Assembly (NCBI GenBank): GCA_964568875.1
Contig: CAZMSH010000003.1
Coordinates: 32,761-96,760 of the forward strand
Length of the DNA stretch: 64,000 nucleotides
Direction of reading: 5' to 3'
Source of the DNA: an uncultured Rikenellaceae bacterium
GTDB taxonomy: Bacteria > Bacteroidota > Bacteroidia > Bacteroidales > VadinHA17
The translations under genes and the position numbers were made by a program. Positions 1-9,251 of this stretch are shown here, one piece after another; within the stretch, counting starts at the first letter, position 1, and every line of letters begins with the position of its first letter. Under the pieces are notes generated by a model, which saw nothing but the letters and a program-made list of their open reading frames with translations, made no database searches and was not told where the DNA came from.

Positions 1-1054
1 AGGTTATACCGGTAACTACAGCTCTTATGTGAATATTTACAATATTGTACAGGAAGGAGCGCTTGAGTTCAGACTTCCCAAGAAGAGATATTTGAATCTG
101 GGTTTGCAGGGAACGATACTGGATAAGGCATTGTCATTTGAGGTAAATTATTTCAACAACCTCTATTATGACAAGATATCCAATCTTGCCATGACCACAC
201 CATCTCTTCTCGGAAGCAGTTCATTTCTGCCGGCAGTTAACTTCGGCAAGGACCTGAGATGGGGTTTCGACGGTATGCTGCAGTATTCGGGTCAGGCCGG
301 AGACTTCACATATAGTGCAGGATTAAACGCAACATACCAGCGTGCTAAATACCTGGAATATGATGAACCAGAGGCTCTGCCTGAATATCGTAAAAGGTCA
401 GGCAAGGATATGGATCTATTCTGGATATACCAGGCTGACGGTCTTTTCCAGTCACAGGGTCAGATTGACTCTCATACAGCCTATCAGAGCTGGGGGGAAC
501 TTGCCCCTGGTGACATAAGATATGTTGACTATAATGACGACGGTTTGATTGATGAAGCTGACATTCATACTCCAGGAGCACATTCGCCAAGAATATTCTA
601 CGGAATCAACCTTTCTGCCGGCTACAAAGGGTTCAGTTTCTTTGCTCTGGGTCAGGGAATTGCCGATGGTGATGTAATGCTTTCATCGGGCAGATACTTC
701 AGAATAAACGGAACAAGGCAGAACTACTCAGAATTCATGCTTGACAGATTCCCGGAGACAAACAATGTACCACGTCTTACTACACAGTCGTCAAACAACA
801 TTCAGAACTCAACCTTCTGGCTTGCCAGCGCGGCATACTTCAGGCTCAGGAATGTGGAGGTCAGTTACACACTTCCAACCCGTATTGCTTTCGGAATGAA
901 GATGAAAGACCTGAAGGTGTTTGCAAGAGGTACCAACCTTTTGGTTGTGTCAGAACTCAACAAGTACAGTGTTGAACCTGACGATATGAATGCAGGTATA
1001 ACCAAATACCCGATGCTGAAGACAATGACCTTCGGGATTTCGGCGAGGTTCTAA
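1..1054 (+). CDS. susC: SusC/RagA-type TonB-dependent outer-membrane receptor, C-terminal part (5' end lies upstream of the window)
   Basis: The frame is open from the window start (GYTGNYSSYV precedes the listed GTG). The sequence is beta-barrel-like and ends in the aromatic terminal residue (ISARF). It is followed 10 nt downstream by a SusD-like gene. Confidence 0.8.
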   Translation, partial: GYTGNYSSYVNIYNIVQEGALEFRLPKKRYLNLGLQGTILDKALSFEVNYFNNLYYDKISNLAMTTPSLLGSSSFLPAVNFGKDLRWGFDGMLQYSGQAGDFTYSAGLNATYQRAKYLEYDEPEALPEYRKRSGKDMDLFWIYQADGLFQSQGQIDSHTAYQSWGELAPGDIRYVDYNDDGLIDEADIHTPGAHSPRIFYGINLSAGYKGFSFFALGQGIADGDVMLSSGRYFRINGTRQNYSEFMLDRFPETNNVPRLTTQSSNNIQNSTFWLASAAYFRLRNVEVSYTLPTRIAFGMKMKDLKVFARGTNLLVVSELNKYSVEPDDMNAGITKYPMLKTMTFGISARF

Positions 1055-1064
1055 TTAAAAAAAA

Positions 1065-2768
1065 ATGATAGCGATGAGAAATATAATTCTTATAATAGCG
1101 TCGGTCTTCCTGTTGGCTTCGTGTGATTATCTTGACACCAGGCCGATACAGGACCTAAGCAGTGAAGAGCTCTGGAGTCATTCCACCTATGGCGAGGGGT
1201 TGCTTACAAGGGCTTATACAAACCTTTCCCGCACCTGGGACGTACAATCAGAATACTATACCGACAATGCAGTGCCCAACACACCTGGAGCAAACCTACT
1301 TGCACTTGGGGGTTGGACACTGGAGGGAAATCCCATAGGTGAATGGGACTCATGGTACACCAGCATCAGATATCTTAACGAATTCCTTGAGAATGGCCGC
1401 GATCTGCTATATAGTGTAACCGACCCGGTCAAGGACGCCACTCTGAAGAGATACAGAATAGGGGAGGCATATTTTCTGAGGGCCTGGTATCAATGGATGC
1501 TTCTGCGTACTTATGGTGGTTATGTTGACGGGCAGACAGAAGCTGTCGGGTATCCGATTGTTACATCTGTCCTTAAAAAAGGTGATGAACTGAATCTCCC
1601 GCGTAACACCTATGAGGAGTGCGTATCACAAATAGTACTTGATCTTGACTCTGCTGCATCGATACTACCCAACAGGTATACCGGTTCAGATGTATATACC
1701 GGGGTAATGAATGTTGGTCGTGCAAGCAGGTTTGCTGCAATGACACTAAAGGCAAAGGTATATCTCTGGGCTGCAAGTCCTGCATATGGTCCATCAACAC
1801 CTGAGTTGTGGGAAAGGGCGGCACAGGCGGCATATGATGCTATTTTTGCTCAGGGTGGTAACACTTCCCTATCGTCTTATGGCAGCAGTTGGTATACATC
1901 AGCATCTTCCTCAAATTTTATATGGATATATCCTGCCTCAAACTCAAATTCACTTGAGTACTCTTATTATCCTCCGAGCCTCTACGGTTCAGGTTTGTGT
2001 AACCCGTCACAGAATCTTGTTGATGCATTTCCCACTGCTGACGGTTATCCGAAAGAGGTAAGCACAACATACGACCCTGATGCACCATACTCGGGCCGTG
2101 ACCCCAGGTTGGCGATGAACGTGTTCTATAATGGCATGGATTACAATTCGACAATCATCAGTACCTATGTAGGCGGTGATGATGCGCCAGGAGGGATCAG
2201 CAGGCAGGGAACGAGGACCGGCTACTATATGAGGAAGCTTCTTGCCTCCACGGTGAGGCTGACACCAGGTAACACAACAAGTGTGGAAAGAGTCTTTGTG
2301 TTTCTTCACAAGACAGATCTTTACCTTATGTTTGCCGAGGCTGCCAACGAAGCTTACGGTCCGGCAGATGCCACGCTGGGCTTCTCGGCCTATGATATTA
2401 TGAGAAGAGTAAGGGGCAGAAGTGGTACAAGGATTGATTCCGATCCTGCAACCTCAGGATATCAGGATGCTTATCTTGATGAGCAGCGGGATGCAGGTAA
2501 GGATGCTTTCAGGACTTTGATTCACAACGAGAGGCGTCTTGAGATGGCTTTTGAGGGTGACAGGTTCTGGACCGTCAGGAGGCTTAATATGCCACTCAGC
2601 CATACTGTCAGGGGTGTTCAGATATTGAGAGACCCTGACACAGGCACTTTTACCTATCAGTACAATGATGTGGAGGAACATACGTTCCAGCCCTACATGA
2701 GGTATATTCCTGTTCCGTTCCACCAGACGCTCATAATGAGTAACCTGAAACAGAACAGCGGATGGTAG
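1065..2768 (+). CDS. susD: SusD/RagB family nutrient-binding outer-membrane lipoprotein
   Basis: Lipoprotein signal (LLASCDYLD). SusD-like blocks AYFLRAWYQWMLLRTYGG, LYLMFAEAANEAYG and ERRLEMAFEGDRFWTVRR. Sits directly after susC. Confidence 0.88.
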   Translation: MIAMRNIILIIASVFLLASCDYLDTRPIQDLSSEELWSHSTYGEGLLTRAYTNLSRTWDVQSEYYTDNAVPNTPGANLLALGGWTLEGNPIGEWDSWYTSIRYLNEFLENGRDLLYSVTDPVKDATLKRYRIGEAYFLRAWYQWMLLRTYGGYVDGQTEAVGYPIVTSVLKKGDELNLPRNTYEECVSQIVLDLDSAASILPNRYTGSDVYTGVMNVGRASRFAAMTLKAKVYLWAASPAYGPSTPELWERAAQAAYDAIFAQGGNTSLSSYGSSWYTSASSSNFIWIYPASNSNSLEYSYYPPSLYGSGLCNPSQNLVDAFPTADGYPKEVSTTYDPDAPYSGRDPRLAMNVFYNGMDYNSTIISTYVGGDDAPGGISRQGTRTGYYMRKLLASTVRLTPGNTTSVERVFVFLHKTDLYLMFAEAANEAYGPADATLGFSAYDIMRRVRGRSGTRIDSDPATSGYQDAYLDEQRDAGKDAFRTLIHNERRLEMAFEGDRFWTVRRLNMPLSHTVRGVQILRDPDTGTFTYQYNDVEEHTFQPYMRYIPVPFHQTLIMSNLKQNSGW

Positions 2769-2809
2769 CCGCAATGCGCACTCAAATGAGAAAAAGAAAA
2801 TTACGCGAT

Positions 2810-4168
2810 ATGAAAAAGATAGTATTAGTAATGATAATGGCCGTTCTGCTGGCAGGATGCTATGACGAATTCAGGCTGGATTATCCGTATACTACGGTTG
2901 CCTTTTCGGGTGTTACCGGAAACTCTTCTACGGCCGGTGTGCTGGGCAGAACTGTAGTTAAAGACGAGGGACTCAAGGTAGATATTGGTGTTTACCTGGC
3001 TGGAGTCCTCGAGAATAAGGAAGAGAGATGGGTAAGATTTGAGATCGATCCTTCAATACTTACAGGGACTCCCTATGAATTGATGCCGGCCGATTATTAT
3101 ACCCTGAGCAACAGCAATACATTCACGATTCCGAAGGGAAGCTATATTGGAAGAATTACCGTAACCCTTGATTCGGCAAAGTTTGTCGGCGATCCCAAAT
3201 CGCTGGAGAAGATTTATGCCATACCTTTCAGGCTTACAGAGACCTCTGTTGACTCAATACTTGAGCCGCAGAGTACAAAAATCTTCCAGCTGAGTTACAT
3301 CAATCACTATGAGGGGTGGTATGATCAGGTTGCAACATTCCAGACTTTCGATGAAACGGGTGGTGTTATAAATGCCGGCAATGTCTCTAATGTCATCAGT
3401 GCAACTACTGTTGCTCTTGATACGGTACTGGCAGACGGAATGCTTTATATCGGTTCTGATTACGAGGTAATGTATAATGTAAATCCTGATAAAACCGTCT
3501 GGATGAAAAAACTACCCGTTTCTGATCCGGTTCCTGTGAATCTTGCCATGACTGCCAGCAGTGTAACTACATCATATGTAAGTCCGTGGGAGAATCTGCT
3601 TGCCATCAGAAACGGCATTGATCCTACAAGCTCACGCGACAAGACCGGGGGCGCATATGGTAACTGGAATAGCGCAAACACCTGGAGATGGGTTCAGTAT
3701 GAATGGACGAATCTTCACCTGATTAGTCGTTCTGATATCTATTGGTGGACTGACGGAGGAGGAATCCTTATACCGACAGACAGCTATATTGAGTATTGGG
3801 ACCTGACACTGCAGGATTGGGTTGAGGTGCCTAACAATAGCGGTTATCCCAATGCGATTGATATGTACAACATCACAACTTTCGATGAAGTTCTGACCGA
3901 TAAGATCAGGGTATGGATGATCAATACATCGCAATCCTGTGGGATCCTCGAGTGGAAGGTCTGGGGTAATATGGCTGCCGTAACACCTGAGCAGTCGAAG
4001 ATTTCTGAGGTATTGCCTCAAGGTACATGCTCATTCGATCAGGCAGCGAGTGTCTATAACCTTAACTACAGGATCAATTATGAGGGCGAGACCTTCTATA
4101 CCATCGTTGATACAAAGCTTACCTGGCGCAACAGGGTCAGGGATGGCGTTAACGAGTGGAGAAGGTAG
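2810..4168 (+). CDS. DUF1735-like surface glycan-binding lipoprotein with a C-terminal Trp-rich discoidin-like module
   Basis: Start moved to MKKIVLVMIMAVLLAGCYDEF (lipobox) at 2810; the listed 2762 start would overlap susD. The N-terminal region resembles the DUF1735/BT_3987-type domains that follow SusD genes. The C-terminal module runs WRWVQYEW...ILEWKVWG. Confidence 0.65.
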   Translation: MKKIVLVMIMAVLLAGCYDEFRLDYPYTTVAFSGVTGNSSTAGVLGRTVVKDEGLKVDIGVYLAGVLENKEERWVRFEIDPSILTGTPYELMPADYYTLSNSNTFTIPKGSYIGRITVTLDSAKFVGDPKSLEKIYAIPFRLTETSVDSILEPQSTKIFQLSYINHYEGWYDQVATFQTFDETGGVINAGNVSNVISATTVALDTVLADGMLYIGSDYEVMYNVNPDKTVWMKKLPVSDPVPVNLAMTASSVTTSYVSPWENLLAIRNGIDPTSSRDKTGGAYGNWNSANTWRWVQYEWTNLHLISRSDIYWWTDGGGILIPTDSYIEYWDLTLQDWVEVPNNSGYPNAIDMYNITTFDEVLTDKIRVWMINTSQSCGILEWKVWGNMAAVTPEQSKISEVLPQGTCSFDQAASVYNLNYRINYEGETFYTIVDTKLTWRNRVRDGVNEWRR

Positions 4169-4207
4169 TTATGTTTATAACGATTGATATAAGATAGGAC
4201 CTGAAGG

Positions 4208-4244
4208 TGAGGGGTTGTCTTAACCGGCAGCCCCTCATTTTTTT
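4208..4244 (+). terminator. Intrinsic terminator-like hairpin after the DUF1735-like gene
   Basis: TGAGGGG (4208-4214) pairs with CCCCTCA (4231-4237) around a 16-nt loop, followed by a T7 run (4238-4244). Confidence 0.6.
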
Positions 4245-4260
4245 CCAATTATCCTGAGCA

Positions 4261-6477
4261 ATGCCAAAGAGATTGTTATTGATCAGTGTGGCATTTAAAA
4301 TGCTGAACATCAAGGCTGTAATTATTTCCGGGTTTTTAATCTTAACTTATTACCAGGCTGAAGCACAGAAAAGTGTTTATATACCCAATGAATGGTCGTC
4401 AGGAGGCATACCCTATTCTATGGAGAGGTCGTACCAGTCGGAGAATTTTGTTCTTTTCTGGGGAGAGAAGGCCGGTACTGATCCAACGCAGGCACCTACG
4501 GAGATAAGATTCACACCATCAGTAGTTGCCGGTATACTGGAAGATATTTACAGGTTTTTCATCGATGAAATAGGGATGATCCCTCCTGATATGCCCAATA
4601 TTTCAACTTACAAATTCATTGTTGTATTAAACGAGACCTGGAATCCACTGCCGGATGGCAGAGCCATATTTACAGGATGGGCATTCGGCAGTCATTATGA
4701 CTCAAGGATAGGGGCCATGTGGATACACCCGAGGGCAACCAGTAAATTCACCCTTGCACATGAATTTACTCACATGATGCAATGCATGGCCTTTATAGAA
4801 TATCCGGGGCATGGGTTTATAAATAACGACTATGTTGGTTCCTTCTGGGAGACACATGCTAACTTCATTGCGCTCAAAGCTGTTCCCGACAAGGTTGAGA
4901 GTACCGATCCGGCCCGGTTCCTGAATACCCAACACTTCTACTGGAGTTCGGCAAGACATCACTATACCAACTGGATGTTCCTCAAGCATATTGAGGATGA
5001 GTATGGTATGGAGCTCATCAACAGGCTGTGGCGTGAGTCGGACATTGGAGAGCACCCGCTGATAACACTGAGAAGGCTCAGGGGAATGACCCAGGACGAA
5101 CTGAATGATGAGTTTGGAAAATATGCAATGAAGAATGTTATATTTGACTACAGCAATGGCGATGAGATAAGGCATACCCTTAAGAATGAAGTTGACGGCA
5201 GGTATATTACCAGGCGGTTTACAATATTGGAGGAGATTGACCGCCGGAAAGGCAGATATATTATACCACGTCATCTGGCTCCCCAGGATTATGGCTATAA
5301 TGTGGTAAGGCTCTTTCCGCAGTCGGGAATTGATGAGAGACGGATAGCCATCAGGTTCAGAGGGCATCAGAATCAGCCCTCAGGCGGTGCAGGATGGAGA
5401 AGCGGGTTTGTATTTGTTGGGATGGATGGGACTACCCGGTACAGCGAGTTGTTCCGGAATGATTTTGAGGCTGAGTTTACATATAATGAAGGGGATGAGA
5501 TTTACTTCGTTGTTACAGCGGCGCCGGCAGTGCATCATAATTATGCATGGGAACCGGGGTGGCCCCGAATTTACAGGTTTCCTTGGGAGATAAGGATCCA
5601 CGGTGCCATTCCTGAGGGGTTTGAACCTGGCTATAACGCAGGTTACAGGAGCGCTGCAGGGTCTCCTCACTCAAATGGCGGTGGTTTTGTTGCTTCGTCG
5701 GCAAGGGTTGCTTCTACAGTTTATGTGGGACCCCAGGCTCTGGTAACTGGTAGCGCAAACATTACCGGCAATGTAAAAGTGCTTGGCCGGGCCGTGGTAA
5801 AAGATAATGCCACTGTTTCCGACAATGCTGTAATTGATGGATTTGCTGTTGTCGGCGGCAACGCCAGGGTAAGAGAGAATTCACGCATCGAACAGTATGC
5901 CCGGGTGAACCAGGGTGCTGATATTTCTGGTTCTGCCGTAATCAGTGCCAGCGCTTCAGTCTTTAATTCCTCAGTAAGCGGATCGGCAGTCGTTACCGAT
6001 AATGCTTCAATGTGGGGCGCAGGTCTGTCAGGAACGGTATATGTAGGGGGTGACGCTGAGCATTTCGGGACATGCAGTGCCGGGAAATACCTCCAGATAT
6101 GGAACCTTGGCAACCGGGGATGTGACGGACTTTTCAGTCACCCGCTGAATAGCGATATAAATCCAGTGTACAATCAGTACAGCGATATGGAGATGAGCAT
6201 CACCACCGATATCTTAAATACAGGTACGGGGGATAATGTGAGGCCATACAAAGTTGATTATATTTTATCTGAAGGCATATTGCGGCTGACCGGCGATGAA
6301 ACAAGGGAAAGGATGGAGTCAGTTCTCGTTACTGACATGCTGGGAAGAGTTTTAAGCAGTTTTGTCCTTAAACCCAACAATAATGTGGTTGATATAAAGA
6401 CAGTAAGTCAGGGTGTTACCTTTATAAGGGTGAAGACCACACATGGGGTATTTACTGAAAAGGTACTATTTAAATGA
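4261..6477 (+). CDS. Secreted zincin-like (HExxH) protein with a central beta-helix-type repeat block and a T9SS C-terminal sorting domain; function unknown
   Basis: Signal peptide (alternative start MLNIKAV... at 4300). HEFTH motif at nt 4759-4773. Imperfect hexapeptide/beta-helix-like repeats VTGSANITGNVKVLGRAVVKDNATVSDNAVIDGFAVVGGNARV... at about 5719-6070. The C-terminus GVTFIRVKTTHGVFTEKVLFK is typical of Por/T9SS CTDs. Confidence 0.6.
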   Translation: MPKRLLLISVAFKMLNIKAVIISGFLILTYYQAEAQKSVYIPNEWSSGGIPYSMERSYQSENFVLFWGEKAGTDPTQAPTEIRFTPSVVAGILEDIYRFFIDEIGMIPPDMPNISTYKFIVVLNETWNPLPDGRAIFTGWAFGSHYDSRIGAMWIHPRATSKFTLAHEFTHMMQCMAFIEYPGHGFINNDYVGSFWETHANFIALKAVPDKVESTDPARFLNTQHFYWSSARHHYTNWMFLKHIEDEYGMELINRLWRESDIGEHPLITLRRLRGMTQDELNDEFGKYAMKNVIFDYSNGDEIRHTLKNEVDGRYITRRFTILEEIDRRKGRYIIPRHLAPQDYGYNVVRLFPQSGIDERRIAIRFRGHQNQPSGGAGWRSGFVFVGMDGTTRYSELFRNDFEAEFTYNEGDEIYFVVTAAPAVHHNYAWEPGWPRIYRFPWEIRIHGAIPEGFEPGYNAGYRSAAGSPHSNGGGFVASSARVASTVYVGPQALVTGSANITGNVKVLGRAVVKDNATVSDNAVIDGFAVVGGNARVRENSRIEQYARVNQGADISGSAVISASASVFNSSVSGSAVVTDNASMWGAGLSGTVYVGGDAEHFGTCSAGKYLQIWNLGNRGCDGLFSHPLNSDINPVYNQYSDMEMSITTDILNTGTGDNVRPYKVDYILSEGILRLTGDETRERMESVLVTDMLGRVLSSFVLKPNNNVVDIKTVSQGVTFIRVKTTHGVFTEKVLFK

Positions 6478-6527
6478 AAATACTATATAGAGAAAAATTA
6501 ATGAAACTTAACCTAATCTGTTTTAAC

Positions 6528-9236
6528 ATGAAAGCATTACGTTATTTTTTACTCATGACGGTTATTGCAGCCGGTATGTTTCTTTCGCAGTGCGGGCAGC
6601 AGCCGGCCGGCGACGGTGAAATGAATCTGGCGATGGTTGCAAACACATCCGCTTCATTCAGAATGGGAGGGGGTATGGCCTCATTTAATGACGGTCTTAC
6701 ACCTGTCAATACAGGCCCGATGAGGATGAGACAAGGCCAGAGCGGTCAACAGCAGAGGGGTCAGCAGCAGGAACCCCAGACCCAGTGGATTCAGTATGAA
6801 TGGGAACAGCCGGTGACGACCGGGGAGGTTGCCATCTTCTGGTGGAACTGGGAGAATACACTTGAACTCCCGACGAGTTACAGGATAAGCTGGTGGGACG
6901 GCAGCGAATTTCAACAGGTTAGTAATCCTGCTGGTCTTGGCACCGAGAATGCCGTGTTTAACACTACAACTTTTGATGCAGTTGAGACTACCAGGTTAAG
7001 GATAGAGGTAGATTCGGCCAACAGATTTCAAATAGGTCTGCTTGAGTGGAAAGTGATACCGGCGCCGGATTCGGATCCTGTCCCGCCAATTGTTGTTGCC
7101 GGAGTTGATCGTGACGTTATGATAACAGGTAAGACTTATCTGTCAGGCAATTACAGGTCTGTAACACCAAATGTTAAGCTAAAATGGACCAAAGTATCAG
7201 GCCCTGGCAAAGTGATGTTTGCTGAGAAGGATAAAGCAGTGACCACAGCCACTTTTTCCGCCACCGGAGATTATGTAATATCATTGACAGCCACCGAGGG
7301 CAGACAGAAGTCTGCTTCGGAGCTTTTGGTTACTGTACATAATCCTCCACAGGAAGGGCGCCTTGAGGTGGTTTATACCAGGAATTACACTGTTGACAGT
7401 CCGCTTTGGGATCAAAGGGTTAAGGCAATGATCGTTAACTGGATACCCTGGTGCATTAAACAGATAGAGAGAGACGATCTTACTCAGGGTCCAGGAGGTA
7501 TTGATAATTTCATTGAAGCTGCAAAAGCACTGAGAGGAGAGCCGCACGGACGGCACAAGGGATATGTGTTCTCCAACGCATGGGTGCATCAGACAGTTGA
7601 GTCGATGTGTCTGGCACTAATGGTTGACCCTAAGGGAGATGAAGAGATTATTAAGGCCCAGGAACTGATGAAGAAGACACTCGAGAAGTGGATACCGATA
7701 ATACTCTCTGCCCAGCATCCTGATGGATATCTGCAGACAGCATTTACCCTTCGTGACACATCACGTTGGAGGGAGAGGTGGGAGCCCAGAAACAGGACTG
7801 CCCATGAAGGGTATGTAGCCGGATATTTTATTGAATCAGCAATAAATCATTATACCCTTACCGATGGTAGCGACACCAGACTGTATGAGGCAGCCAAAAA
7901 ACTTGCTGACTGCTGGTCCGATAACATCGGTCCTGATAAGATCGAATGGTGGGATGAACACCAGGAGATGGAGCAGGCCCTGGTTCGTTTCGGACGTTTT
8001 GTAAATGATATGGAAGGCAATGGCAGGGGTGACAGATACATTGCTCTGAGCAAGTTCCTGCTGGACAGCCGTGGCGGAGGCAATGAGTATAGCCAGAGCC
8101 ATGTGCCTGTACAGGAGCAGTATGAAGCTGTAGGGCATGCAGTAAGGGCGGTGTACAGCTATTCAGGGATGGCTGATATTGCCGCTGAAACAGGAGACAC
8201 CGATTATCAAAGTGCTGTAATGTCTCTGTGGAACAATATAGTTAACAAGAAATACTATCTGACCGGCGGTATTGGCAGTGGCGAGACTTCAGAAGGTTTT
8301 GGCCCTAACTACTCACTCAGAAACAATTCCTATTGTGAATCATGTTCAAGCTGCGGACTGATATTTTTCCAGTATAAGATGAATATTGCCTACCATGATG
8401 CCAGATATGCTGATCTCTATGAAGAGACTATGTACAACGCGCTTCTGGGGTCACTTGACCTCGAAGGGAAAAACTTCTACTATACCAATCCGCTCTCAAG
8501 CTGGCAGGATCGTTATCCATGGCATGGCTGCCCCTGTTGCGTCGGAAACATACCACGTACGTTGCTGATGATCCCTACCTGGACATATCTTAAGGGCGAA
8601 GAGGGATTATATGTTAATATGTTTATCGGAAGCACGGTTAACATAGAGGATGTTGCAGGAACTGATATCCAGATGGTCCAGAAGACTGATTATCCATGGA
8701 GCGGTAATGTCGAAATCACTGTCAATCCGTCTGAATCCAAAGAGTTCACACTCTTTATAAGGGTACCTGACCGTAAGACAAGCCTTCTCTATGACCCGGT
8801 TCCTGAGGTCAGGGGTCTCAGGTCACTTAAGATTAACGGGGAGGATATAGAACCGGAAATAGTAAATGGCTATGCTCAAATAAGAAGGAGCTGGAATACC
8901 GGAGACAAGGTTGAGTTAGTTCTGCCAATGGAGATACAGACAATAACGGCTGACGAGAGAATTGAGGATAACAGGGGACGCATTGCCATGAGATACGGAC
9001 CACTGATCTATAATGTTGAAGCAGTTGACAATGGTGACCTTAACAGAAATATTGGAGATGCGACTCTTTCAGCAGAGTGGCGAGGAGATATGCTTGGTGG
9101 TATTCTTGCCATAAATGGCCGGTGGGCAGACGGAGAGCCTCTGCTGGCGATACCCAATTATGCAAGAAACAATCGCAATATGCCACGGGAGCAGGGAGAC
9201 AGATCTCTCAGCTCGATTGTATGGGTGCGAAAATAA
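6528..9236 (+). CDS. GH127-like beta-L-arabinofuranosidase (DUF1680 family) with an N-terminal discoidin-like module
   Basis: The lipoprotein signal MKALRYFLLMTVIAAGMFLSQCG favours a start at 6528 over the listed 6474. Cys-rich GH127-type motifs: SYCESCSSCGL and HGCPCCVGNIPR. Gln-rich linker, then the module WIQYEW...LLEWKV. Confidence 0.75.
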   Translation: MKALRYFLLMTVIAAGMFLSQCGQQPAGDGEMNLAMVANTSASFRMGGGMASFNDGLTPVNTGPMRMRQGQSGQQQRGQQQEPQTQWIQYEWEQPVTTGEVAIFWWNWENTLELPTSYRISWWDGSEFQQVSNPAGLGTENAVFNTTTFDAVETTRLRIEVDSANRFQIGLLEWKVIPAPDSDPVPPIVVAGVDRDVMITGKTYLSGNYRSVTPNVKLKWTKVSGPGKVMFAEKDKAVTTATFSATGDYVISLTATEGRQKSASELLVTVHNPPQEGRLEVVYTRNYTVDSPLWDQRVKAMIVNWIPWCIKQIERDDLTQGPGGIDNFIEAAKALRGEPHGRHKGYVFSNAWVHQTVESMCLALMVDPKGDEEIIKAQELMKKTLEKWIPIILSAQHPDGYLQTAFTLRDTSRWRERWEPRNRTAHEGYVAGYFIESAINHYTLTDGSDTRLYEAAKKLADCWSDNIGPDKIEWWDEHQEMEQALVRFGRFVNDMEGNGRGDRYIALSKFLLDSRGGGNEYSQSHVPVQEQYEAVGHAVRAVYSYSGMADIAAETGDTDYQSAVMSLWNNIVNKKYYLTGGIGSGETSEGFGPNYSLRNNSYCESCSSCGLIFFQYKMNIAYHDARYADLYEETMYNALLGSLDLEGKNFYYTNPLSSWQDRYPWHGCPCCVGNIPRTLLMIPTWTYLKGEEGLYVNMFIGSTVNIEDVAGTDIQMVQKTDYPWSGNVEITVNPSESKEFTLFIRVPDRKTSLLYDPVPEVRGLRSLKINGEDIEPEIVNGYAQIRRSWNTGDKVELVLPMEIQTITADERIEDNRGRIAMRYGPLIYNVEAVDNGDLNRNIGDATLSAEWRGDMLGGILAINGRWADGEPLLAIPNYARNNRNMPREQGDRSLSSIVWVRK

Positions 9237-9251
9237 GGTAAATAGAGAGCT

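Noticed and set aside
4702-5367. Long antisense ORFs inside recognised genes. Examples: 4702-5367(-), 17733-18278(-), 31792-32310(-), 32713-33234(-), 42816-43442(-), 48443-48910(-) and 50666-51226(+)
   Set aside because: Each lies wholly within, and opposite to, a confidently identified conserved gene (the HExxH protein, fhs, gcvP, tgt, dnaB, DUF5686). Their translations are low-complexity or Ser/Pro/Arg-rich with no recognisable motifs, which is typical of shadow ORFs.
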